Shown here piece after piece: positions 30,794 through 43,438 of a stretch of 64,000 nucleotides of DNA; position 1 is the stretch's first letter; each line of letters begins with the position of its first letter. The notes under the pieces were generated by a model. The model was not told the DNA's origin, searched no databases, and saw only the letters and a program-made list of their open reading frames with translations. The position numbers and the translations under genes are program-made. This DNA comes from Macrostomum lignano (lineage: Eukaryota): NCBI GenBank assembly GCA_002269645.1, contig NIVC01003726.1:16398-80397 (forward strand), read 5' to 3'.

Positions 30794-33228
30794 ATGTCTC
30801 GCTATCGCTACGCCAACGATCTGGATCTTGAGCCAGACGATATTGATGATGATGACGAAGAATTCGTTCTAGAACATCGAGTTGGCCTGACAGCATCGGC
30901 TGCTACTGCCAGTGGCGGAACTAATAGCGATGTTGGTCGCTACCAGCTCACAGAAGAGGATGAAGAACAGCTGCTGGGCAGCGATGCGGAGTCTTGCGAC
31001 GGAACGGCTGCTCCGGCTGCAACTGCCCAGCTGATAGGCAGTCTTAATAGCGTCGACAACGACAATAGTAATACTAATAATAATAATAGTAACCAAACTG
31101 AAAGCAGCGATAATAATGATAATAATAATGCCGACGGAGTCGATCTACACGACGAAGACGATCCCGACGCTATTGTTGTCGGCGTTGATATCGACGACGA
31201 CGATGTCGATGATCTGTTGCAACTCTCCGCTAGCGAAGACGATATTGACGACGAAGCGCCTGCCGCCCAGCCTGCCGCTGCTCGGTCGCCCATTGCCGTC
31301 AAGCGGAAAGCATCCTCGCCGATGCCGCCGCCGACTGCCCCGCCTCAGCCAGCGGTATCAGTCGCCAACGTCAGCATCGGCAGCAGCTCCAAGGCTTCAA
31401 TAATTAATTCACCCGAATTACTGACTAAAAACGGCATAGTAACCATCAAGCGTCCAGAATTGCCAAAGCCGCTTGCACACAGTCAGCAGTCGAGTTCGTC
31501 TGCCAGCGCTCAGCTACCAGTAGACGATGACTACGAGCGACGCTACGAAGAATTAAAAGAGAAGCAAGCTCGAATCCGGCGCATGATACAGAATAAGAAA
31601 GAGCAGAATAGGCTGGCTCGGGTTGGAGCGGCTGCTCCTAAGCCTCAGCAGCCTCAGGCTCAGCCACCGCAGGCGCCTCAGCAGCGGCAGAATCAGATTC
31701 GACCTTCAACTGGTCCCGCTGGTCCCCGCGCTGGAATAGCGGCCCGGGCGCCAATAGCCGCTGTTCCGACAAAGCCTTTGATGCAGCAGCAGCAGCAGAG
31801 GCCTGTGCGACCTCCATTTGTACCGCCGCAGCAGCAGCGGCCATTTGTTCAAAGAGCCGCTCCGGCCGCAACCAGTCTGCTGCAGCAGCAGCATCGCGGC
31901 CAGCTGCCCCGACAGGCTCCAATCAATTCGCTGTTTAACAATCACCAGCTCAGGCAGCCGATGCCCAACCAGCAGCAGCAACTGTTCATGCCGGCCTTCT
32001 CAATGTCATCGATTACATCATCGGTTGTCGCCAATGTTGTCGCTTCCGCCGTGTCAGCCGGCGTTGCTCACGGTCGTCGGTCTGTTCGCATCGCCAACTG
32101 TCCGCCTGGCACCGGGCCTAACGATTTAAAAGTCTATACTGAGCTGGTGGGGCCTGTGCAGGTACGCATGGTTGAGTTCTTGTGCTGCTGTCTCTTGTTT
32201 TCTGTGCTTCAAAGTGTGCTGAGTAGTTAATGGGGTGGCTAAGAGCGTAGCCGAGTGTCTATTAATGTAGCTTAAGGGGTAGCTAAGTGTCTATAATGTA
32301 GCTGAAGGGGTAGCTGAGTGTCTATAGATGTAGCTAAAGGGGTAGCTGAGTGTCTATAGATGTAGCTGAAGGGGTAGCTGAGTGTCTATTAATGTAGCTG
32401 AAGGGGTAGTTGAGTGTCTATAGATGTAGCTGAAGGGGTAGCTGAGTGTCTATAGATGTAGCTGAAGAGGTAGCTGAGTGTCTATAGATGTAGCTAAAGG
32501 GGTAGCTGAGTGTCTATAGATGTAGCTGAAGGGGTAGCTGAGTGTCTATAGATGTAGCTGAAGGGGTAGCTGAGTATCTATTGATGTAGCTGAAGGGGTA
32601 GCTGAGTGTCTATAGATGTAGCTGAAGGGGTAGCTGAGTGTCTATAGATGTAGCTTAAGGGATAGCTGAGTGTCTATAGATGTAGCTGAAGGGGTAGCTG
32701 AGTGTCTATAGATGTAGCTGAAGGGGTAGCTGAGTGTCTATAGATGTAGCTGAAGGGGTAGCTGAGTGTCTATAGATGTAGCTGAAGGGGTAGCTGAGTG
32801 TCTATAGATGTAGCTGAAGGGGTAGCTGAGTGTCTATAGATGTAGCTTAAGGGATAGCTGAGTGTCTATAGATGTAGCTGAAGGGGTAGCTGAGTGTCTA
32901 TAGATGTAGCTGAAGGGGTAGCTGAGTCGGACTGTCTACCTCTGAGGTGCGCGCCTGCACACCGGACTGAAACTGGGCCAGTTACTAACTAAGCTAAGCC
33001 TCCGAAACCCTCAGAACTGCCAAGTGTACCCCAACAATGGCCAGGCTTACATCACATTCTGCTATCCTGAGCATGCGCAAGAGTTTCTTCAGAGATTCAA
33101 TCGGTAATTGATGAGAATATTTATATTTGTTCTCTCAAAGATTGCATTGTACTTACAAATTTCATTACTCCTTTGTTTCTTTCAGAGCGCACCTGAAAGG
33201 CTACCAACTGCAGCTGACCCTATGCTAA
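30794..33228 (+). CDS. RBM33: RBM33-like RNA-binding protein (acidic N-terminus, coiled coil, Q/P-rich region, C-terminal RRM), 499 aa
   Basis: Exons 30794-32161, 33015-33103, 33186-33228 (1500 nt). Spliced RRM: RSVRIANCPPGTGPNDLKVYTELVGPVQ-NCQVYPNNGQAYITFCYPEHAQEFLQRFNR-AHLKGYQLQLTLC. Architecture and the VGP[IV]Q...F...HA..F...F.R pattern resemble the RBM33 C-terminal RRM. The symbol is tentative. Confidence 0.7.
32245..32927. repeat. 32-bp GTAGCTGAAGGGGTAGCTGAGTGTCTATAGAT array
   Basis: Intron 1 of the RBM33-like gene. Confidence 0.95.
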
Positions 33229-33734
33229 ATAATTAACTTATTTCATCTGAACCATTTGCTTATTGTCCTGATTTGTTTTAATCAACTCTTTATCCTGTTT
33301 TGCTATAAATAACGTTTTGTTAATTTCTTTTCAAACACAATCTTCCCTAGTCTTGGTGTTCAGTGACTGAGCCGCGATTAATATATAATATTATATATTT
33401 TACATGTAAAATACTCATTTTCTTTCCAGGAAATTAAGAGAACAAAAAATTCTGGAAAAACTAAATAGAAAACAAATCAACTTTAACAGAAGTACATCGC
33501 ATAAAAGTACTTTCTTTTGCTGTTGTATCGCGTGTCGCTCTGTCTAAATATTTGTCAGTTTCTGCTAAAGTTCCAAAATTTCTTATGTGCCGCTTTCAGT
33601 AGCTTGTGTGCGAATAAAGGCGTTTTTTGCTTGCTGTTATCCGTTTGAAGCCATCATCTAATTTGCATATAGCTGGTCTCAATAATAATTTAAACTACTG
33701 GTAAATGTTATTTGTTTTAATGATACTTTTAAAC

Positions 33735-36330
33735 GTAGGTTTTTATAGGGAGTTTGTAGGTTTCTATAGGACTGAAATTTGGCGTTTGGCTGTCTTGTTA
33801 GTAATTTCTTGGGGTATTGTCTGGTTGTAAAGTAGGGAATTATCTGGTTGTAAACTGGGGAATTATCAGGTTGTAAACCGGGTAATTATTTGGTTGTAAA
33901 CTGGGGAATTTATCTGGTTGTAAAGTAGGGAATTATCGGGTTGTAAACTGGGGAATTATCAGGTTGTAAACCGGGTAATTATTTGGTTGTAATCTGGGGA
34001 ATTTATCTGGTTGTAAACAGGGGAATTATCGGGTTATAAACTGGGGAATTATCAGGTTGTAAACCGGGTAATTATTTGGTTGTAAACTGGGGAATTATCA
34101 GGTTGTAAACCGGGTAATTATTTGGTTGTAATCTGGGGAATTTATCTGGTTGTAAACAGGGGAATTATCGGGTTATAAACTGGGGAATTATCAGGTTGTA
34201 AACCGGGTAATTATTTGGTTGTAAACTGGGGAATTATCGGGTTGTAATCTGGGGAATTATCAGTTTGTAAACCGGGTAATTATCTGGTTGTAAACAGGGG
34301 AATTATCTGGTTGTAAACTGGGGAATTATCAGGTTGTAAACCGGGGAATTATCAGGTTGTAAACCGGGGAATTATCTGGTTGTAAACAGGGAAATTATCT
34401 GGTTGTAAACAGGGGAATTATCTGGTTGTAAAGTGGGTAATTATCGGGTTGTAAACAGGGTAATTGTCTGATTGTAAACTGGGTAATTTTCTGATTGTAA
34501 ACTGGGTAATTTTCTGATTGTAAACTGGGTAATTTTCTGATTGTAAACTGGGTAATTGTCTGATTGTAAACTGGGTAATTGTCTGATTGTAAACTGGGTA
34601 ATTGTCTGATTGTAAACTGGGTAATTGTCTGATTGTAAACTGGGTAATTGTCTGATTGTAAACTGGGTAATTGTCTGATTGTAAACTGGGTAATTGTCTG
34701 ATTGTAAACTGGGTAATTTTCTGATTGTAAACTGGGTAATTTTCTGATTGTAAACTGGGTAATTTTCTGATTGTAAACTGGGTAATTTTCTGATTGTAAA
34801 CTGGGTAATTTTCTGATTGTAAACTGGGTAATTTTCTGGTTGTAAGCTGGTGAATTGTGTATTTGTAAAATAAACAATTTTCCTGTTAACCTGTTCTAAA
34901 AGTTTGCTCAGATAGTTAATCATATTCCTACCCAACTTTTTATTGGCATTGTTTAGGTCCAACTTTTTTAAAATCATCGCTCACTATTAGCTGCTTTTAG
35001 TAGTATGATAAACTGTCTTTAACTTGTTTAATCAGCAATATTTTCCTGTACTTTTATTTAGTATGTATTTTTCATTCAATACTGTGCATTTTAACAAGCA
35101 GTTTTTATAGGCTTTTGTAGGCTTCTATAGGACTAAAATTTGTCTCTTGGTTGTGAGAGTGGCGTTTGGCTGTCTTGTTAGTAATTTCCTGTGGAATTGT
35201 CTGGCTGTAAACTGGAATCATCTAATTGTAAACTGGGGAATCGTCTGGTTTAAAACTGGGGAATTATCAAGCTGTAGACTGGGCAATTATCGGGTTGTAA
35301 ACCGGGGAATTATCGGGCTGTAAACCGGCGGGGAATTATCGGGTTGTAAACCGGGGAATCGTCTGGCTGTAAGCTGGGGAATTATCTGGTTGTAAACCGG
35401 GGAATTATCGGGTTGTAAACCGGGGAAGGATCGGGTTGTAAACGAGGGAATTATCGGGTTGTAAGCGAGGGAATTATCGGGTTGTAAACCGGGGAATTAT
35501 CGGGTTGTAAAACGGGGAATTATCGGGTTGTAAACCGGGGAATTATCGGGCTGTAAACCGGCGGGGAATTATCGGGTTGTAAACCGGGGAATTATCGGGT
35601 TGTAAACCGGGGAATTATCGGGCTGTAAACCGGCGGGGAATTATCGGGTTGTAAACCGGGGAATCGTCTGGCTGTAAGCTGGGGAATTATCTGGTTGTAA
35701 ACCGGGGAATTATCGGGTTGTAAACCGGGGAAGGATCGGGTTGTAAACGAGGGAATTATCGGGTTGTAAACCGGGGAAGGATCGGGTTGTAAACGAGGGA
35801 ATTATCGGGTTGTAAAACGGGGAATTATCGGGTTGTAAACCGGGGAATTATCGGGTTGTAAACCGGCGGGGAATTATCGGGTTGTAAACCGGGGAATTAT
35901 CGGGTTGTAAACCGGGGAATTATCGGGTTGTAAACCGGGGAATTATTGGGTTGTAAACCGGGGAATTATCGGGTTGTAAACCGGGGAATTATCGGGTTGT
36001 AAACCGGGGAATTATCGGGTTGTAAACCGGCGGGGAATTATCGGGTTGTAAACCGGGGAATTATCGGGTTGTAAACCGGGGGATGTTAAGCTGTTCAGAA
36101 GTTTACACAAATGCTTCTACCCTTGAATTTTATTGATATTACTTTTTTCTACTGTAAGATTTTTAATTATGCTGCAAATTATCGTCACTCACTACCAGCT
36201 GTTTTCAGTAGTATGAAAACCTGTCTTTAACATGTCAAATCAGCAATATTTTCCTGTACTCACGAGCTTATAATCTGGCATGCATTTTTCATTTAATCCT
36301 CCTGTGCATTTTGAACAGCAATTTTTTTCA
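33735..36330. repeat. Two tandem head-minisatellite-tail units, each with a 22-23-bp GGTTGTAAAC..GGAATTATC array
   Basis: Arrays at about 33835-34850 and 35200-36082. Non-repeat flanks are homologous: 33735-33835 with 35100-35215, and 34965-35100 with 36170-36320. Confidence 0.8.
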
Positions 36331-36631
36331 AGTTCGCTGCATTTCTCTTATTTTTTCTTAAGTTTCCCGTTTTCAGGTTCTCTTTTAGGTCCGGCCGAGC
36401 TGTACTGATCCTGACCCAACGGCCCACTGACAGGCTGAAGGTAGGTCATTCTTTATTTATTCATTTTTTTACTAGTAAATGTATTAATAAATAATAGCTA
36501 ATATTATTTTTTTAGGCTCTTATGTGCGAATCGGAAATTATTATAGGACATTCTATCCTGTTCTGCAATGCGAGCGCGCCTCTGTGTGCTTTGTAAGTAA
36601 CCGATTTTTATTTCAATTGGGCTCACACTTC

Positions 36632-37240
36632 TCTACCTGACCCTGAGAATCTCACTTTTCTCTTCTACCTGATCCTGAGAATCTCACTCCTCTCACTTCT
36701 ACCTGACCCTGAGAATCTCACTTTTCTCTTCTACCTGATCCTGAGAATCTCACCTCTCACTTCTACCCGACCCTGAGAATCTCACTTTTCTCTTCTACCT
36801 GATCCTGTGAATCTCACTCCTCTCACTTCTACCTGACCCTGAGAATCTCACTCCTCTCACTTCTACCTGACCCTGAGAATCTCACTTTTCTCTTCTACCT
36901 GACCCTGAGAATCTCACTCCTCTCACTTCTACCTGACCCTGAGAATCTCACTTTTCTCTTCTACCTGATCCTGAGAATCTCACCTCTCACTTCTACCTGA
37001 CCCTGAGAATCTCACTTTTCTCTTCTACCTGATCCTGAGAATCTCACCTCTCACTTCTACCTGACCCTGAGAATCTCACTTTTCTCTTCTACCTAACCCT
37101 GAGAATCTCACCTCTCACTTCTACCTGACCCTGAGAATCTCACTTTTCTCTTCTACCTAACCCTGACAATCTCACTCTGCCCTTCTACCTGACCCTGAGA
37201 ATCCCACCCCTCTCTTCTACCTGACCCCGAGAATCTCACC
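36632..37240. repeat. 32-35-bp CTACCTGACCCTGAGAATCTCAC... array
   Basis: Two alternating unit variants. Confidence 0.93.
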
Positions 37241-37594
37241 CTTCTTCATCGATCCGCCAGCTATTATCGTCAACAGTTTTATTACTTTCTCATATTTCAG
37301 GTGGCCACATCAAAGTAAAAATATTCGTTCGAATTCGATCGGCAACCGTGGAAGGTTTGCGACACGGCAGCTTAATTAGCAAGTGTTTGTTTACGGCTGA
37401 GCTTCATCAGGGACACTTCTAGAATAAGGCTGGGATTAGATACTAGGGACATAGGCTACATTGCTGTTGCGTGCTGCCTTGGCTAGTCAAAGGCTAACAT
37501 GTAGCAGCATTTTTTAGTGCTCGTATTACCCGTATTAAAATCTATTTTATATGTGCTTTAAAATTAAAATAGGTGCTTTTCTCACCCTTCATTT

Positions 37595-38120
37595 ATTTTA
37601 TTACGTCTATCTCATCCCTCATCTTTTTTACAGTGTCTATCTCATCTCCCATCTATTCTATGGGTGTCAATATCATCTCTTATCTACTCTATGGTGTCTT
37701 TCTCATCCCTCATCTACTCTATGGTGTCTTTCTCATCCCTCATCTACTCTATGGTGTCTTTATCATCCCTCATCTACTCTATGGTGTCTTTATCATCCCT
37801 CATCTATTCTACGGTGTCTATCTCATTTCTCATCTATTCTATGGTGTCTATCTCATCTCTCATCTATTCTATGGTGTCAATCTTATTCCTAATCTATTTT
37901 ATGGTGTCCATATCAGCTAATCTATTATATGGTGTCTATCTCATCCTTCATCTATTCCATGGTGTCTATCTCAGCTAATCTATTCTATGGTGTCTATCTT
38001 AGCTCATCTATTCTGTGGTGTCTATCTCAGCTCATCTATTCTATGGTGTCTAGCTCGCCTCTCATCTATTCTGTGGTAGCTCGTATCAAGCTATCCCTCA
38101 TCTATTCTAAGGTGTTTATC
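37595..38120. repeat. Degenerate 30-bp CATCTA(C/T)TCTATGGTGTCT... array
   Basis: Decaying tandem copies. Confidence 0.85.
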
Positions 38121-38975
38121 TCACCTCTCACAGCTGTTCTGTGCCTATCCGGCCAGTCGTCCATTCTAAGGTTTTATGTTCCTGTTATATGCATTGCTGA
38201 TACATCATGCCAAGTTGTTATCTCGCACACGAATTAGCATCATTTTTTGGCCGTTTATTGACGGTGCTTGACATTCTGTCATTCAATGATCTCCGCTGTC
38301 TCGGGCATCATTGCTTTAGTAGCAATAAGCATTTGCTCAGCTGTTACTGTACTATTTTTGTTTAGGCAACAACAGCAAAGAATGCACAATATTCTTTGTA
38401 AATATCAGGTACACAATCTTAAGCATTTCTAATTTTTGTACTGAAGCAATACATGAAATGCAAATAAATACACAGATACGAAATATTGAGGCTCAAACTT
38501 TGTTTTGATAAAAATAACTCATATCGATTTTGAAAGCAAAACAAAAATCTTATGGCAGCTTTCTTCGCATTTCTTCCATCCTTTAAATAAGCTTCAACAG
38601 TTTGATGCGCTCAAACTACTTACATGTACATGCATAAGTAGGCATGCGGAGTATGAGCTTAGTTAAGTAATTTACTATTAAAATCTGAACGATACAAGGA
38701 GCTTAAGCAGCCGACTCCAGCAATATTGAGTATATTGGCAGCAATAAATTCATCAAAAAAACTTTTCGAATCGCCTGCCGTTATCTGCCTGCTCTCTGGT
38801 CACGTTTTCAAAGCAACAAAAAGCACAGTTGCTGCCCCCGTTAATTAAATCGAACTGTCAGCAGGTAGCACACAGGCCTGCAGAAGTTGGTATCTTTGAA
38901 GCCGCTTGCAGCAAATATTGGCTCAGACATCTCTCGCATCGGTCCGTGCTCCAGCTGTTTGCGCTGAGACGCGGC

Positions 38976-38982
38976 TATTTAA
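38976..38982 (+). promoter_or_regulatory. TATA-like box upstream of the neuropeptide precursor
   Basis: TATTTAA lies about 110 nt upstream of the ATG at 39087, with an E-box CAGCTG at 38952-38957. Inference only. Confidence 0.35.
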
Positions 38983-39086
38983 GACAGCTCGCCATATTGC
39001 AAAGCTGCTCTGCACCTGCCTTCAGCGCTTAGCCTTTGTGTCACAGTTGCATCGCTTCCAACCAACAGATTCGCTACAGCGCAGTT

Positions 39087-40262
39087 ATGAACCCGCTGAC
39101 AATCTTGACCTTGACGCTGGTGTCTCTGGGAGCCGCGGTCGTTGCCACTCCGATGCCGCCCGTTCAGTCGTCCATGACTGACGGGGCCAACAAGCTGCAA
39201 CGGTGATAGACTGAAACTTTGTTTTCATGGACTACGGGTTATTGCGTTTCTTAGAATTCATTGACTACGGGGCATTGCGTTTCTTAGAATTCATTGACTA
39301 CGGGGCATTGCGTTTCTTAGAATTCATTGACAGTGGGGTATTGCTTTTCTTAAAAAAAGAAAAAACTTAACTAATTCGTCTTTTCTAAAAATTGCTGCAA
39401 AAGTTACTATTTTACGAGCTATTTCAACAAAATCAGTGTAGTATCCTTTGCTACATTAATAACAAAAGCACGTTTATAATAAAATGGCAATATTTAACAT
39501 CCGCAGCAACAATGCCGCCTTGTATCGGAATCTTCTGCTGCGAACTCGCGACGCTTTGCACACAATCAACGTGGCCGATAAGTAATTTGCTAGCTTGAAA
39601 TATCTGAAACATCTTGCATAAATATACGTAATTTAATGTGTGCCTAACTTAATCTATTGCAGAGATCTGCACAAACTGGCCAACCTACTGGTGCAGGCCC
39701 TGTCTCTGAAGCAGGGCATCAGGCGGCAGGTCACGGCTCTGCGGTAAGCATTTAATAGGCATCTGTGCATCGCTAAGAAGCTGGGTCCGTGTAGCTTGGC
39801 GGTCTAGCGGGTCGCTTGTTTGTTCGAAAGGTTGTGGGTTCGAATCCCATGAATCAAAATAAAAAAAATTCTAAAGATGCTTAATGTATAAACAAGCGGT
39901 CTAGCGTGTCTCCCTTCTATGCCGAAGGTCCTGGGTTCGATTTCAAACTCGCCAAATTTAATAAGAAGCATCATCGAGAAAGCCGCGGGGTTGCTAGCTC
40001 TTCTGTGACTAAGGTCCGGGCTTCGATTTCATTCTTTCAGTTAAACTTAGCGAAAAACTTCATTGGGAAAGTTTGGCTGTTCGGAAGGTCGCGGGTTCGA
40101 TTTCCATATGGGAAAAATACAAAGAATCCCCAACCTACGCACGGCAGCAAGCGGGCCTGCGGTGTCCTGGACCTCGGCGGTCATTGCGACGCTGAGTATG
40201 GCGCCGAGCTGCTGGACCAGATCAACCACATGCTGAAGCCCGGCGGCCCGGGACGCCGGTGA
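39087..40262 (+). CDS. Calcitonin-type neuropeptide precursor, 3 exons, 103 aa
   Basis: Exons 39087-39202, 39663-39743, 40148-40262, both introns phase 2 GT-AG. Protein: MNPLTILTLTLVSLGAAVVATPMPPVQSSMTDGANKLQRDLHKLANLLVQALSLKQGIRRQVTALR-KR-ACGVLDLGGHCDAEYGAELLDQINHMLKPGGP-GRR*. It has a signal peptide, a dibasic site, an N-terminal Cys pair and a Pro-Gly-Arg-Arg amidation signal. Confidence 0.85.
39788..40112 (+). mobile_element. Cluster of four degenerate tRNA-like heads in intron 2 of the neuropeptide gene
   Basis: TAGCTTGGCGGTCTAGCG...GGTTCGAATCC at 39792-39847, then partial copies with GGTTCGATTTC at about 39935, GCTTCGATTTC at about 40020 and GGTTCGATTTC at about 40095. Confidence 0.5.
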
Positions 40263-40919
40263 AGTTAAAGTTGAAGCGATGATGCAAATAAAATCGGTTG
40301 CAAAATATTTTGACCTTCAAGATCAATGAATCATAGAAGTTTGAGCGAATAAAAATTTTAACTAAATAAGCGAACTTCGTAGCATTGAAGCATATACCGA
40401 CCGATATATTTTCCTTTCTTTGCTACAAAACAATAATTTTTCGATATTGCTACTTGGCAGTAAAGAAGTCCGCATATTACGAGCGTATTTTCACAGTTTT
40501 CGCCAGAATCCAGAAGCTGGGATTTCAACAGGCTCAGTCAGACAGCCGCGGCCAAGTGGTTAATTTTCAGATATCGGCCAATCTGACGGCATGAGTGGAG
40601 CCATGAATAGTCGATGAAGACGCGCTGGCTGGAAGCGAGGCGTTGCACCGCAGCATCAGGCGAATCTCTCCATCACTTGAGAACTCATTTCTCTTATCTG
40701 CTGTTTGATGATGGGCAGAGAAGCTGGGCGGCTGAGAACTTTCATGCAGTCAATTTTGGACGACTAAAACTATCCAGCATTCTGCTCTGCGGATCACCCT
40801 GACACCAATAAAATGCTGAGATTGGCTCTCCATCGGGAACTGCTGAGCTCGGAGCTCAGATTTGTGCCATGCTGCATCTGCAGCTGATGGAGCTGGGCTG
40901 CTGTGGGCTCTGGGGTTGG

Positions 40920-41560
<641 letters not shown>

Positions 41561-42159
41561 ATACACTAAGCCACTAAAGCACTAATCCAGTAGCAGCAAC
41601 AAAGAGTCAAAGCCATCTACAGCACATAACGATCAGGAAGTGATGCAGAGCAAAGCAGGCTCCGATAATGGATGAGCTGACTCGCCAGGTCCCGATGAAG
41701 GCAGTTTAATAGGCCCTATAAAAATCTCCTCTCGGGCCGCGCAGTCATAAAGACGCAGGAGAACAGAAGGCAAGAGACTCGAGAGTCGAGTCTACTGTCT
41801 GTCCCGTGCAGCTGTTTATGCCAGCCATGATATTCTCGCACCCGCTGCCGCCAATCGGCCCCGATCATTTGCATAAGACAGGCAGTTGCCCTCCTCCTTG
41901 TCAAGAACCGCCATGCACACAGGGATTTTGATTTGCGTGCAATATTAATATATCTTAGGTATAGAAAGATGATGTACGAGCGGAGGAGCCTGTTAATGTT
42001 TTAATAAGTTGCTTTCTTGTCAAACTTTATCCGAAAACGGTGATAATTTGTGGTTTCTATTCAGGCGGAACTGAATGGGCCACTTAGCATTCAGGACCAG
42101 CTAGACTGAATAAATTTCGCGCTAGCACCGCGAACGTTGAGGCTACAGTCAAAATCCAG

Positions 42160-43040
42160 CAAAATCGACAGTCAAAGCTACAATTAAATACAGACAGTTG
42201 TAGAGCCAAAGCTGCAGCCAAATACAGACAAAGCTACAGCAAAATACAGACAAAGCTACAGCTAAATACAGACAGTTGTAGAGCCAAAGCTGCAGCCAAA
42301 TACAGACAAAGCTACAGCAAAATACAGACAAAGCTACAGCTAAATACAGAAAAAGCTACAGCTAAATACAGAAAAAGCAACAGTTAGATACAGACAAAGC
42401 TACAGCTAAATACAGACAAAGCTACAGCTAAATACAGACAAAGCTACAGCTAAATACAGACAAAGCTACAGCCAAATAGAGCCAAACCTGCAGCCAAATA
42501 TAGACAAAGCTACAGCTAAATACAGACAAAGCTACAGCTAAATACAGACAAAGCTACAGCTAAATACAGACAAAGCTACAGCTAAATACAGAAAAAGCTA
42601 CAGCTAAATACAGAAAAAGCAACAGTTAGATACAGAAAAAGCTACAGCTAAATACAGACAAAGCTACAGCTAAATACAGAAAAAGCTACAGCTAAATACA
42701 GAAAAAGCAACAGTTAGATACAGAAAAAGCTACAGCTAAATACAGACAAAGCTACAGCTAAATACAGAAAAAGCTACAGCTAAATACAGAAAAAGCAACA
42801 GTTAGATACAGAAAAAGCTACAGCTAAATACAGACAAAGCTACAGCTAAATACAGACAAAGCTACAGCTAAATACAGACAAAGCTACAGCTAAATACAGA
42901 CAAAGCTACAGCTAAATACAGAAAAAGCTTCAGCTAAATACAGACAAAGCTACAGCCAAATAGAGCCAAACCTGCAGCCAAATATAGACAAAGCTACAGC
43001 TAAATACAGACAAAGCTACAGCCAAATACAGACAAGCTAC
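42160..43040. repeat. 22-bp ACAGACAAAGCTACAGCTAAAT array
   Basis: Upstream of the protocadherin ATG. Confidence 0.95.
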
Positions 43041-43438
43041 AGCAATTTTACTGTCAGGGACAGCCAAAGCTACAGTACAGGGGGCTGAGGTCCTGAGCAC
43101 ACTTATGCACATGCAGATGTTATTCCACTATGACTCATAGACATTTCCAATCGAAGGTGATTTATGGGCCCAAACAATGTGAAACCGATTGGGTGCAATA
43201 AATTTAGTCACTCAGTCACTCACTACACACCTTGCAAATCTTTATAAAATACAGAGCCACTGTCAGGCAGAACTTGAGAGGCACTTGCTGTCTCTCAGCC
43301 AATCAGCTTCGACCTGGTTCCGCCATTGGTCCTCCTTACCCCAGCAGCAGACTTTTCAACTTAAAATGGTCGCGCAGAACAGCTGAGTTTACCTAGAGAA
43401 TTCCAGCACTTTAAATTGTTTAGAAGTTAGAATAAAAA

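Noticed and set aside
40570-40800. CGRP-like alternative last exon for the neuropeptide gene
   Set aside because: The phase-2 reading stops after four codons and contains no dibasic site or Cys pair.
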